From: a virus
Lineage: Duplodnaviria; Heunggongvirae; Uroviricota; Caudoviricetes
DNA length: 64,000 bases
Direction: 5' to 3' (one strand)
IMG/VR virus record: IMGVR_UViG_3300034082_003579
A model generated the notes under the pieces. That model had not been told where the DNA came from. It saw only the letters and a list, made by a program, of their open reading frames with translations, and made no database searches. The translations under genes and the position numbers were made by a program. Of the stretch, positions 1 to 9,900 are shown one piece after another. Within the stretch, counting starts at the first letter, position 1. Each line of letters opens with the position of its first letter.

Positions 1-232
1 CACCTGTTTTGTCGTCCAGCAAGGCCCAGGTTGTTGCGCCGCCGGGTGTGGCCACTGCTGTGAGTTCACCTGCTGCATTGCCTATGTACAACACAGTGGT
101 GGTCTGATCCACCACCAGTTCGCCAGGTCTGGCGTTGCCGTCGTAGTTGGCCAAGGTGATCTGGGCATTGTCTTTCATTGCGGCACGACTAATGCCGGTT
201 ATGTTGCTGTAGGGTGGGGGTGAATTGGCCAT
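1..232 (-). CDS. Hypothetical phage protein, runs off the window edge (MANSPPPYSNITGISRAAMKDNAQITLANYDGNARPGELVVDQ...)
   Basis: Manually translated open minus-strand frame from ATG at 232 to the window edge; not in the ORF track. TAAATA lies 4 nt upstream. Confidence 0.75.
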   Translation of the reverse strand, partial: MANSPPPYSNITGISRAAMKDNAQITLANYDGNARPGELVVDQTTTVLYIGNAAGELTAVATPGGATTWALLDDKTG

Positions 233-236
233 ACTG

Positions 237-244
237 TATTTATG
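237..244 (-). promoter_or_regulatory. T4-type late promoter CATAAATA
   Basis: One mismatch to TATAAATA, overlaps the HNH stop codon, 4 nt from the next ATG. Confidence 0.6.
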
Positions 245-980
245 TACGGTGGCGGCAAAGGTCTCCGTGGAATCTGGGATAGGTGTTTACAGCTATCTGT
301 TGATCGCAATGTGGGCACAGTTTTTTAAGTCTAACTTTTCCCAAGTTTGCAGCACTGCGCCTTGCTTTTTCTTCATCTGTTTGCTTGCGTCCTCGAATCT
401 TGTCGCCAATTTTTTTCTTAGTTTCTTCCTTTAACGATCCATCAAAATCTGGCTGTTTACTTTTATGATTCTTTGACATATTATCAAGCCATTCATCTGA
501 AAATGTTTTTCTCTTACGGCCAGTCTGAGCAGCTATTTGTTTTGCTATTTGTTCTTCTGTTAACTTTTTCCCTGTATTCTTTTGGCTAATTAGTGCTCGA
601 GCTTTTTCACTTTGTGTTTTCCCCCACATAGGATTGTTTTCACCTGTTACTCTTTGACTTTGCAACATGCTATATTCTTCTTTGAGAGTGGCATATACTC
701 TTGATGTTATTTTAGTATTGTATCGTTTTTGATTTTGATTCTCGGCTCTCATCATCCATAATGCTTTAAGTAGCTGATGACGGTGCTTACCTTGATGTAT
801 TTTTGTCAGCAACCAATGACATATAAAATGTTCTCGTAATGTGATATTGGTTAGATTACTAGCATCGTCACTGCCACCTAAGCATTTAGGTATAATGTGG
901 TGCGATTCTGTACGTTGATCTGTGACACGGGTTTGACCGCGAACAGTGATTTGATTATACCATTTTTCGTATTTGTTCAT
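240..980 (-). CDS. Free-standing HNH homing endonuclease with NUMOD3-like C-terminal repeats
   Basis: ESHHIIPKCLGG...NL...REHFICHWLL HNH core; NPMWGKTQSEKARALIS and similar basic repeats; terminal CPHC zinc-ribbon-like motif. Confidence 0.9.
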   Translation of the reverse strand: MNKYEKWYNQITVRGQTRVTDQRTESHHIIPKCLGGSDDASNLTNITLREHFICHWLLTKIHQGKHRHQLLKALWMMRAENQNQKRYNTKITSRVYATLKEEYSMLQSQRVTGENNPMWGKTQSEKARALISQKNTGKKLTEEQIAKQIAAQTGRKRKTFSDEWLDNMSKNHKSKQPDFDGSLKEETKKKIGDKIRGRKQTDEEKARRSAANLGKVRLKKLCPHCDQQIAVNTYPRFHGDLCRHRT

Positions 981-985
981 ATTGT

Positions 986-992
986 TATTTAG
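986..992 (-). promoter_or_regulatory. Late promoter CTAAATA for the HNH gene
   Basis: TAAATA followed by 5 nt and then the ATG at 980. Confidence 0.6.
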
Positions 993-1024
993 TATAAGTG
1001 AGTTCTATATATTTGTCAACCAAC

Positions 1025-1048
1025 AAAAAACCCACCGAAGTGGGTTTC
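1025..1048 (-). terminator. Rho-independent terminator after gp23
   Basis: Minus strand reads GAAACCCAC-TTCG-GTGGGTTTTTT: a stem with the C(UUCG)G tetraloop typical of T4 terminators plus a U-tract. Confidence 0.9.
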
Positions 1049-1075
1049 TTGCTTTTTGAATAACAACTAAATGGA

Positions 1076-2293
1076 TTAGCTGAAGCTCAAATTCGAAACG
1101 GCTATCTCGCCGACATAATCTCCAGCATTGCCGAAGCTTGATGCTGTGTTTGTCAATTCGATATATCCGTATCTCGTCATAAAGCTTACGACTGGTTCGA
1201 ATGTTGACGGATCCAGAACAACACCGCTGCTCATTAGGGGGATATATGGGCAATAGAACGCTGCTGCATCAGCTTCGCTCGAACCCTTATAACCAACTAA
1301 CACAGGTGTGCTATCACTAGCGTAGCTGTCAACGAACACACGCATTGCGCCGTTCAATGTACCAACAAACTTGGTGTTTGTAGGTGCTTCGAATGTACCT
1401 TCTGTGGTACGTGCAAATGCTGATGTTGTTGCTGACTGAAGAACAGTCAAGCTAGCAGGTGACACAACAGCCCAGTTACCTGCACCACGACGTGTGCGTT
1501 GTGCGATCAGGTTAGCAACACGGTTGATCAGAACAGCTAGAGCAGCATGTTCGTCACCAACGAATGTAGCAGTACCAGAAACAGTAGCTTGGTTGTATGT
1601 AAACTCAGTTGTGGCCAACGAACGCAGGCTCAACAGGATCTCTTGGTCAATTTCAGCTGTAATTTCTTGAGCCAAAGCTGCCATGATTTCGGCTTCTACG
1701 TCGATACCATGCATTGCTTGTGCGTCTTGAGCAGCTTCAAAAGTCCAACGAGCTTGTAGCTTACGTGTTTTAGCTTCAACAGCTTGCTTGAGGATCTGTA
1801 CAGAGATTTGACGTCCGCCATTGCCTTCAAGTGTTGCTGTCTGTGCACCAGAATAACCTTGTGCAGCAGTTTGTGTTGTTGCAGCGTTGTCAGCACCACG
1901 AGCGCCTGCTGAGTAAGCAACAGCGATCTTGAAAGGTGACAGTGCTTCTTCACCAGCTACAACTGATGTTGCTGCTGCTGTTTGGTCTGTCATTGTGCTG
2001 GCATAACGCACACGCAATGTGTGAATTTGGCCAACAGGACCAGTCATTGGCTGAACGCCAACCAACTCGTTAGCGATAACAGTTGGCATGACTCGACGGA
2101 TAACAGGCAGAATCACACGGTTTAGTGTGGCGATGTTGCCTGATACAGTTGAACCTGCACTTGCGTTTTCTTTTAGGTACTTGCGGGTGTTTTCTAAGAT
2201 AACGCCCATTGTGTTACGACGGCTACCTTTGAGGCCTTCCATAAGGGCTTCTTTGGTCTCGTCCCAACGGCTTTCTAACAGTTCTTGTGACAT
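1076..2293 (-). CDS. gp23: Major capsid protein (T4 gp23 family)
   Basis: Motifs LIRRVMP-like VILPVIRRVMP, GVQPMTGPVGQIHTLR, KTRKLQARWTFEAAQD, AFYCPYIPL and FMTRYG. Confidence 0.97.
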   Translation of the reverse strand: MSQELLESRWDETKEALMEGLKGSRRNTMGVILENTRKYLKENASAGSTVSGNIATLNRVILPVIRRVMPTVIANELVGVQPMTGPVGQIHTLRVRYASTMTDQTAAATSVVAGEEALSPFKIAVAYSAGARGADNAATTQTAAQGYSGAQTATLEGNGGRQISVQILKQAVEAKTRKLQARWTFEAAQDAQAMHGIDVEAEIMAALAQEITAEIDQEILLSLRSLATTEFTYNQATVSGTATFVGDEHAALAVLINRVANLIAQRTRRGAGNWAVVSPASLTVLQSATTSAFARTTEGTFEAPTNTKFVGTLNGAMRVFVDSYASDSTPVLVGYKGSSEADAAAFYCPYIPLMSSGVVLDPSTFEPVVSFMTRYGYIELTNTASSFGNAGDYVGEIAVSNLSFS

Positions 2294-2308
2294 TTAAGTC
2301 TCCTCTAA

Positions 2309-3397
2309 TTAAAGACCTGCCAGGCGCTTGATGTCGATCACGTTGGAACGGTCTTCTTCTTTTGCGGCCTTGACGGTTTTATCACCAGTTACTTCGCGAA
2401 CACTTTCAGCAATGACCTTGCGGTTCTTGCTGCTTGCATCGTTCAGCACAGCTGGTAGATACTTCTCGAAAGCGCCTTTCAAACGACTTGTTTGAACGCT
2501 TTCTAACAAATTGCGCATTACTTCCTGCTTCTCTTCGTTGAGAGGTGCAAGCAATTCTTCCATGGTGCTTTCGCGCTGTGTGGATTCCTTGATAATACGA
2601 ATTTCTTTCTCTTTGGAATCGACCAGGCGTTGTTTTGCCTCGACGACTCGTGTTGCTTCTTCCAGTTGCTGATTTTTGTGAGCAACTACACGGCTGAGTT
2701 TTCGAATTTCAGCATTCTCGTTGAGATATGTTGAACCAAACTCTGCAGCATACGCTTCAAAAATACGACGTCCAAAATTGTTCTCGCGAGCAACCTTGAT
2801 GTCTTCGTGCAACTGACTCATTTCAGCTTTAAGATGCCCAGCAACAGCGCGGCTCATTTTGGCAGCAGATTCTGTAACGAATCTAGCCTTGAGAGCTTCC
2901 AATTTACCACGGGCTTCACGAACCAGACGCACTTTTGTCTCTACGACATCACGCTTGTCTTGTTGGAATTCCATGATTTCTTGGGCCAGTGCTTCAACAA
3001 CAAAGCGTTCCAATTTCTGGAAACCTTCGGTGTGAACACGGCGGTCTTTGCGCAGTTCGCCAATTTCTTCAGCCAATTTGGAAACCATAAAGTCGTTGAA
3101 CTTTACAGAACTTTCTTTCATTTTGGCTTGGAACTTGACACGATCTTCGGCTAGTTGTTGCTTTTCAGCAGCAATGCCTTGGATCTCTTGTGCAAGACCT
3201 TCTGTTACCATGCGATCTAGGGCTTCAACCATTACTGTCTTGTCATGCTCGTAGCGTTGTGCAAACTCTTCGCGGAGTTCTGCACGTAACTGTTCGCGAG
3301 CTTCTGTGAGTTTAGATTCCCAAGCTTCGTTGAGTTCTTGTCCCACGTCCTCGTTAATGAGTCCGCTATCTAGCAGTGGTTTAATAGCATCAAACAT
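2309..3397 (-). CDS. gp22: Prohead core scaffolding protein (gp22-like)
   Basis: Glu/Lys-rich coiled coil between the protease and the major capsid gene; ends in IKRLAGL. Confidence 0.88.
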   Translation of the reverse strand: MFDAIKPLLDSGLINEDVGQELNEAWESKLTEAREQLRAELREEFAQRYEHDKTVMVEALDRMVTEGLAQEIQGIAAEKQQLAEDRVKFQAKMKESSVKFNDFMVSKLAEEIGELRKDRRVHTEGFQKLERFVVEALAQEIMEFQQDKRDVVETKVRLVREARGKLEALKARFVTESAAKMSRAVAGHLKAEMSQLHEDIKVARENNFGRRIFEAYAAEFGSTYLNENAEIRKLSRVVAHKNQQLEEATRVVEAKQRLVDSKEKEIRIIKESTQRESTMEELLAPLNEEKQEVMRNLLESVQTSRLKGAFEKYLPAVLNDASSKNRKVIAESVREVTGDKTVKAAKEEDRSNVIDIKRLAGL

Positions 3398-3406
3398 CTA
3401 TTTCTC

Positions 3407-4030
3407 CTAGATTTTGAGATCTTTGATAAGGCGTTTTAATTCCTCTTTCAAAAATCTCTGTACCTTGTTGTCCGACCCAGCTTCGCGTGACATTTCTAGC
3501 AGGCGATGCCCGTGGCGCATATTCAACAAGCCTTCGTAGATGGCTTTTGGATAAGCATTAGGCGCTGATGGTTGGGCAACCACATCCACAGTGACTATTT
3601 CAAAGTCACTGACATGTCCGTTCGCTTCGTTAACGTTACCGCTACCTCGGCTCGAAACTCCCAATTTCACACCGCTTTCCAGCAGTGTGCGGACGAGATT
3701 TCCCATGGGTGTTGGCAATATTTTCATTTTGCCAAAACCGTTGGGCCCGTCCATCCACATTTCTATCATGTTGATACAAACGCGGTCCAAGTTAATTTTT
3801 AAATCATCTGGGTGATCCAGTTCGCCTAGAACTGAACTGCCAGCCTTGATCTGTTCCATAAGGGTACCAACAGCTCGCTCAATTTCGCTCACTGGGTACA
3901 CACGCTCATTGGCGTTTTTGACACCACCTTGAATGCAAATACCTTTCATGTAAAGATCCTTGCCTTCGGCGCCTTCCACAACCATGCGGGCAGCGTCGAA
4001 AGTCAAGTTTTCTCTAAGGTAAAGAGCCAT
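3407..4030 (-). CDS. gp21: Prohead protease (gp21)
   Basis: KNANERVYP, LGELDHP, GKMKILPTPMG, LGVSSRGSG and DVVAQPSAPNAYP motifs. Confidence 0.96.
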   Translation of the reverse strand: MALYLRENLTFDAARMVVEGAEGKDLYMKGICIQGGVKNANERVYPVSEIERAVGTLMEQIKAGSSVLGELDHPDDLKINLDRVCINMIEMWMDGPNGFGKMKILPTPMGNLVRTLLESGVKLGVSSRGSGNVNEANGHVSDFEIVTVDVVAQPSAPNAYPKAIYEGLLNMRHGHRLLEMSREAGSDNKVQRFLKEELKRLIKDLKI

Positions 4031-4042
4031 TTACCTGGTTCC

Positions 4043-4807
4043 TTAGTTGGTTACAGATTTAGTATTGACACCTGCGGCCTGAGCCAGGTGTGGCTTGGGA
4101 GCAGGTTTTACGTTGGGCTGTGTTGTACTGCCCATGTCTTTGGCTGTAGGAGCAGGACGTCCGTTGCCGCCGTCGCCGCCTGCGCGAACTGGCTTGGCAG
4201 CCATGCCCTTAGCACCGCTGTTAGCAGCTACTGGGCTTTTTGTATTGGCACCGTTGTCGCCGTGTGTTGGCTTTGATACAGCCTTCAAACTGACGTTTTC
4301 GTACATGCCTTCTGTTTCGAGTTCGTCGTCAACAACTTCTTCGCTGTCCATGTCGGGAGTGTCAAATTCATCGCTGACTTCAACGTCCATTTCTTCGTCA
4401 CCGCCCATGTCATCACCGCCCATGAGAGATTCAAATTCAGCCATGAGTTCGTCCAGTTTGTCTTCCAGATCAACCACACGATCTTCTAATTCTTCGTCGC
4501 CACCCATGTCATCGTGGTGGTCTTCGCTGTCCATGTCGTCATCGCCTTCCATGGAAATGCCTTCTTCTTCTACTTCGATATCGTCAATCAGGTCGCCGGC
4601 TTGATCGCCGCCCATGCCTTCTTCAACTTCCTCAACTTCTTCGTCGAGTTCTTCGTCCATGTCTTCTTCAATTTGTTCTTCTTCTTCCTGCATCATTTCT
4701 TCGTAGATGGCACGACTTTTTTCAACTACGATGTCGTGAAACAGTTCACGTGCTTTGGCTTCGTCGTCATTGATTACGTATTCAATGAGTTGTTCAAACT
4801 TATTCAT
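4043..4807 (-). CDS. Highly acidic prohead core protein (gp67-like) with a basic Gly/Ala/Pro-rich tail
   Basis: Asp/Glu-rich, lies between portal and protease, GGAGG Shine-Dalgarno upstream. Confidence 0.65.
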   Translation of the reverse strand: MNKFEQLIEYVINDDEAKARELFHDIVVEKSRAIYEEMMQEEEEQIEEDMDEELDEEVEEVEEGMGGDQAGDLIDDIEVEEEGISMEGDDDMDSEDHHDDMGGDEELEDRVVDLEDKLDELMAEFESLMGGDDMGGDEEMDVEVSDEFDTPDMDSEEVVDDELETEGMYENVSLKAVSKPTHGDNGANTKSPVAANSGAKGMAAKPVRAGGDGGNGRPAPTAKDMGSTTQPNVKPAPKPHLAQAAGVNTKSVTN

Positions 4808-4837
4808 GAGGACCTCCGATGTAATGGCTCTGTTGTA

Positions 4838-4843
4838 TATTTA
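4838..4843 (-). promoter_or_regulatory. Late promoter TAAATA for the gp67-21-22-23 operon
   Basis: TAAATA 30 nt upstream of the ATG at 4807. Confidence 0.55.
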
Positions 4844-4847
4844 CACC

Positions 4848-4892
4848 AAAAGGCATAAACATACCAGATAACAGGTATATTTTATGCCTTTT
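4848..4892. terminator. Long hairpin, possibly a bidirectional terminator
   Basis: AAAAGGCATAAA (4848-4859) pairs with TTTATGCCTTTT (4881-4892), with an inner ATACC/GGTAT stem. Confidence 0.55.
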
Positions 4893-4922
4893 TATAATGT
4901 TTCTTAGTATTTTAAAAAATTG

Positions 4923-5141
4923 CTAGACCATGGGCTGTGCCGGAGGCGCATACTGCTGTTTGACTTTTTTTAATTTTTCTTTGAATTCGTACGACCTAAC
5001 GTCGTTCATTCTACGCAGCTTGTTGATTTGACGCAGAGTCAGCTTGGTCTTGCGCAATGCACCCAGACTGGGCTGAGTGTTGTCTTGTGCTACGTCTTGG
5101 TAAGCTTCAGGCGAGCGTTGATATAATTCTGTCAGTATCAT
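4923..5141 (-). CDS. Small basic head-module protein (gp68-like position)
   Basis: 72 aa, LRKTKLTLRQINKLRRMNDVR; directly after the portal gene with its own TAAATA. Confidence 0.7.
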   Translation of the reverse strand: MILTELYQRSPEAYQDVAQDNTQPSLGALRKTKLTLRQINKLRRMNDVRSYEFKEKLKKVKQQYAPPAQPMV

Positions 5142-5146
5142 AATGA

Positions 5147-5153
5147 TATTTAG
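5147..5153 (-). promoter_or_regulatory. Late promoter CTAAATA overlapping the portal stop codon
   Basis: TAAATA followed by 5 nt and then the ATG at 5141. Confidence 0.6.
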
Positions 5154-6961
5154 CCCGGAGCTGGAGTTGTTGCACCGGGAGCCACTGCTGCTCCTGGCTG
5201 ACTTCCTGGTGCAGGAGCACCACCAGTTGCTTCTGATCCTGGAGCACCCATGGTATTCATTTCTTCACCGGTGGTAATATCAGCCTCGAAGTCAGCTGGG
5301 GTCACTCCAACACCACGCAGATCCTGACCACTAGTGGGTGGCAACTCAGCATCTGTTCTTTCTTCATTCCATAACGTTTCGTTTTCCTGAATTTCTTCTT
5401 CGGTTAACCCTAAGTAACGTTTGAGCAAGAAACGCTTGCTCATATAAGGAATTTGCTCTAGAGCTTGGAACGTAGAAACACGGGTGGTGTCCAGTTCTGC
5501 TTCTCTATAGCTGGCAAAGTTCTGCGGTGGATTAAATGCAATGCTAAACAGACTGCTGTCTATGTTAAAGCCTCTCCAGCGCATAAACATCTTGAATTCG
5601 TCATCTAGTTTGTTGATGATTAGTCGTTGTAAACGTTCGCAATACTGATTAAAACGATACTCTTGAATTAATGCAGTTCCTACTCGTCCGTCATTCATAG
5701 GGCGATCTGAATCGTCAGGCCCAGTTGGCAAATAACTACTGGGCACACGCAAACCACGGCACATCTTGTTGTTGAAATACTTTAAGTCATCAATCTCGCC
5801 TAGATTACTACCGCCTGGCAAGGTTTCAACACTGCTACCTCGGCCATCTGCAGTTTGTGGAAAGTAATAGTCTTCGTTGATGCTGAGTGGATTATAGCTG
5901 CTGTCCATAATGTTTTGACCGCTGCTGCCACCGGTGTGACTGGGAATTCTGCGCTGATGTATTTCGTTTTTGACACGTTCCACAAAGGCCATAGCCATGT
6001 GACTGGGCATGTTGCCTACGTCAATTTTAAAAATTCTACGTTCAGGTGCACGACTCACACGATAAATCAACACTGCATCTTCCAGCAGTTCTTTCTGCTT
6101 GAACACTCGGTAAATTGTTTCCAACACACTCATACTAAACGGCCAGTAAAAGTCTAAACCTTCGCTTAGTCCTAGATGAATCACGTGTTTAGCATCTACT
6201 ACAGTTTCGTTCATGGCTGCTGAAAATCTACTGCCGCCGCTGCCTTGGCCGCCAGCACCGGCGTTGGGTGCTGTATAGTTGAAAGGTGCTACATACGCAC
6301 CCGACGGTGGTGTAGATTGAAAATCAGTGGTAGTTTTTACAGCAATGCTTAAATTTTGAAAGTTGGGATTGATGTCACGAATCACATACTGCTCAGGCTG
6401 TTTGCCTTCGCTTTCGTTTACGATCACTCGAGCAACTTTGGTCATGTCAACCCAGTACATTTCAAATGTTTCAGGATCACGCACAAACACTTGATCTCCG
6501 TACTTGAGTGTGTTGCGGAAAATACGAAACAGGCGTTGATCCAGTTTATTCAACTTGACCCATTGCTGCAATTGTTTTTTAATAATTTCAATTTCGTGGG
6601 CTGTGGGCTTGTCAGAATAGTTTACTTGAAACGGTACTGCTTCGCCGTTGGTGGTTTGAGTACAAAACTCTGCCAAAATGTCCAGACAAGCATTGATTTC
6701 ACTGTCACTGTCCATGTTTTCGTATTGATTATAACGTTCGATACGATTTGGGTGACCAGAATACACTTCGGGCAAACGACTTGCATAGTTGCGATAAACC
6801 ACATCAGCATGGCCGCGCAAGGGATCACGTCCATCTTGACGCCCGTATCCAGGCAAGCCATCAGAACCTTTGCCGCTGAGAGGACTGAGTTCTCCGCCTA
6901 CGTTGGCTACTTTGAAGTACTTGCGCCAGCCGCCTTTACTGTTTTTTTGCGAGTCTGCCAT
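5150..6961 (-). CDS. gp20: Portal protein (gp20)
   Basis: LEDAVLIYRVSRAPERRIFKIDVGNMP, EDYYFP, RGSSVETLPGG and LRVPSSYL motifs. Confidence 0.97.
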   Translation of the reverse strand: MADSQKNSKGGWRKYFKVANVGGELSPLSGKGSDGLPGYGRQDGRDPLRGHADVVYRNYASRLPEVYSGHPNRIERYNQYENMDSDSEINACLDILAEFCTQTTNGEAVPFQVNYSDKPTAHEIEIIKKQLQQWVKLNKLDQRLFRIFRNTLKYGDQVFVRDPETFEMYWVDMTKVARVIVNESEGKQPEQYVIRDINPNFQNLSIAVKTTTDFQSTPPSGAYVAPFNYTAPNAGAGGQGSGGSRFSAAMNETVVDAKHVIHLGLSEGLDFYWPFSMSVLETIYRVFKQKELLEDAVLIYRVSRAPERRIFKIDVGNMPSHMAMAFVERVKNEIHQRRIPSHTGGSSGQNIMDSSYNPLSINEDYYFPQTADGRGSSVETLPGGSNLGEIDDLKYFNNKMCRGLRVPSSYLPTGPDDSDRPMNDGRVGTALIQEYRFNQYCERLQRLIINKLDDEFKMFMRWRGFNIDSSLFSIAFNPPQNFASYREAELDTTRVSTFQALEQIPYMSKRFLLKRYLGLTEEEIQENETLWNEERTDAELPPTSGQDLRGVGVTPADFEADITTGEEMNTMGAPGSEATGGAPAPGSQPGAAVAPGATTPAPG

Positions 6962-6987
6962 TTATTAATCCGTAATTTACAATTATA

Positions 6988-6994
6988 TACTTAT
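6988..6994 (-). promoter_or_regulatory. Late promoter variant ATAAGTA upstream of the portal gene
   Basis: Near-consensus motif 26 nt upstream of the portal ATG. Confidence 0.45.
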
Positions 6995-6997
6995 TCA

Positions 6998-9900
6998 TTA
7001 CGCAGTACTAACTTGAATTAGTTTGTTGATAGCTGTGGTTTGATCGCGTTGTGCAGCCAATATTTCTCCCAACAAGGTTGGCACTGCAGGATCATTGGTG
7101 CCACCGGCACCTCCCAGTTTATCTACCAATTGTGTTGTGAGATTTTCCATGCCTGACGTAATAGCTGTTTGTGTTGCTGCTGTTTGTGCTTCCATAGCCT
7201 GTGTGATAGCCGAGATATCAGATCCAATTGCGCCAGGAGCTCCACCGGCCGTGATTCCAGCTTGTCCTGTAGTTGATCCTCCCAGACCCAACATGCCGCC
7301 CAACATGCCCATCAATCCACCTGTACCTGCACCTGCACCTGCGCTACCTTCGGGTAATCCCAGGGCTGATCTCAAGGAACCTGTGGTTCTAGGACCAGAT
7401 TGTGCACCTGCAACCATTGGTGCGCCTGGGGCTGCCCCCGGAACACCGTTACCGGCTGGCATGCCCAACATGGCCATTACATCTTTTTCTTCGCTTACAA
7501 ATCTATTTTTAACACTTTTTTGTACTTCGGCGGTGCTGCCGCCAAATCTGGTGCCACGTTCTGCATAAGTTGCCTTGATGAGGTCTTCGTCACTCATGCC
7601 TTTTTTGTAGACTTTGTTCATGATGCCAGCAGCACCGCCACCGCCGTGCTGCACACTGGTGCTAAACATCATTTCTTTAAGGGCTTTGTTGCCTTCAATT
7701 CTCTTTCTGAGGTCATTGTCTTTGAGACCAGCCATTGCTGGATCAAAACTTTTTTGTTTAATAAACTGAGATTCTAGATCACCTAGTTCGCCGCTGGCAG
7801 CCATTTGTTTCCAAACGTCCACTGATTTACCACTGGTTCCGCCTGTATCGGATTCTGCGCCTGCATCTCGTAATTTCTTAGCAACATCGCCGCGACCTGA
7901 CTGTTCTGCAAACTTGAGAAAGTCTTTCATGGCACCCACTTTGGATGCTATTTGATATTTTCCGTAGCTGGTGCCGCCTACTTTGTCCCAACCTACTGTT
8001 CCACTTCCGCGACCGCCGGTTTCGTATTTCTCAGACATTTTGCCAAGTTCGCCTGACATCATATCAGGTGCAGCAGGGTACTGAGTTGCTCCTGCTCTTC
8101 GACCTTGTCTGGCAATGTTGGGGTTTCCAGTAGCAGCTCCGCCTGCTGTTGATCCAAATCCAGGACCTGAATAAAACTGGGTAGGATCTATTTTTTTGCC
8201 AAATTTATCCCGCATTTCGTGATGCAGGTGAGCCCCTGTGCTTTTGCCTGTGTTGCCCAAGGTGCCGATCTGTTGGCCAGCCTTGATCACTTCACCAGTC
8301 TTGACCATGCTCTTGTCCAGGTGAGCCAGCATGTGCTTGACACCTGTTTTCTCATCAGTGACTTCAACCATGTTGCCGTAGCCACCAGATTCTTTTTCGC
8401 TCAATACTCTGGCTATGCCCGATATTGGTGCCATGACCTTGTCACCAATTTTGCCTGCTAGATCGATGGCACCGTGTCCTTGCACTTTGCCATCCATTGT
8501 GCGATTACCAAAGCCGCTGGTTACATTCATCTTTTCCAGTGGCATTACAATCTTGCCAATCTGTTTAGCCAGTTCAGGATCTGCAGCAGCAGCAGGTTCA
8601 TGCGGGTGTGCATGATCATGTTCGGCTAATGCTTCTTGAGCAACTTTTTCGGAGGTTCCACCACCACCGCCGCCGCCTCCGGTTACTGTAGCGCCGCCAG
8701 TTATAGCTTCCAGCATTTGACTCAGCGTCACGTTGGCCTTGACCAGTTCTTCGTTGTTTTTTTCCAATAAGAAATTGGTTTCTGTTTGTGGATTGAACAC
8801 CGGGCCTGACTCTATACCACCGCCACCGGACAATTTTACGGGTATGCCACCACCGGCTAAAGGTATAACAGCTTCTGTACCGTGCAGCATGGCCAAGTGT
8901 CCACTACCAGGGCCCGAAGCAATACCGCCAGTGGCGTATTTTGGTGCGTTTTCTATTACTGATCGAGCTGCGGCTGCTGCAATTTGCTCTTGAGTTAGCC
9001 CAGATTCAACTCCTGCTTCTTGGGCAGCTTTAGATTTTCTTGAAACTAAATCTTTAAAATATCTTCCTTCGTTTTCAATACGGTTACCCCGGGCTTGACT
9101 AGCCACATAGTCTAACCCAACTATATCAGCAACATTTTCTAAGCCGCGTGCCACAAGAGAAAAACTCTTGTCTATTAATCCCATGGCTTTATAGTTGGCA
9201 TCGTCGGACGATTTTGTTAGTGCTGAATCTTTTTTAGTTGCAAGAAATTCAGTTGCGTTTGATAATGCCCGAGCAAATATATTAGTAGCCGTGGTTGCAG
9301 CAGGAATTGCTACTTGAATAAAATCTTGAAGATTCTGACCTTTTTCTAAAGTAGCTTTGTCTGTCTCAGCTTTTGTTCTGAGTATGGGATCAGGTGACCT
9401 GAGTTGTTCTTCAATTTTTGCTCTTATTGCTGCAAGAGTCTTTTCGTCGCCGAGGCGTGCGGCTGCGTCAGCTGTTTGTCCTACACCAATACCAGTCTGG
9501 GATTCCAGCCCGCCGACACGCCCTAGTGTTCCAAAAGCACCAATTTGAGCTTGAGTAGTTTTTGCAAGCAAGTTTTTAACAAACGCCAAAGCGTCTGTGT
9601 TTTCGTCTAAACTGTCCAGCATTGCCGACGCTTCGCCGCCCAGCAGTTGTGTAATACCTTCGCCGCCTTTGGCTCCTATAAATCCGCCGGCTAAGGCACG
9701 AAGCTGATCTGCCACGTCTTCTGCACCAGATGCGCTAGCCAATGTAATTGCTTCTTGGATTTTAGTTAATCTTGCAAGTTCTTTTGGATCGCCGCCTGGG
9801 GCCTTGGCTTGTTCTAATCTGACTCTGAACTGCTCTTTAGCTAGTGTTTTAGCCTGCGCAGCTTCTTGTTTTGCACGATCGGCACCAGTTAGCCTGGTAA

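Noticed and set aside
8659-8690. GCC/CCA triplet runs here and at 23881-23912 as contingency repeats
   Set aside because: They encode in-frame poly-Gly and poly-Pro linkers with mixed codons.
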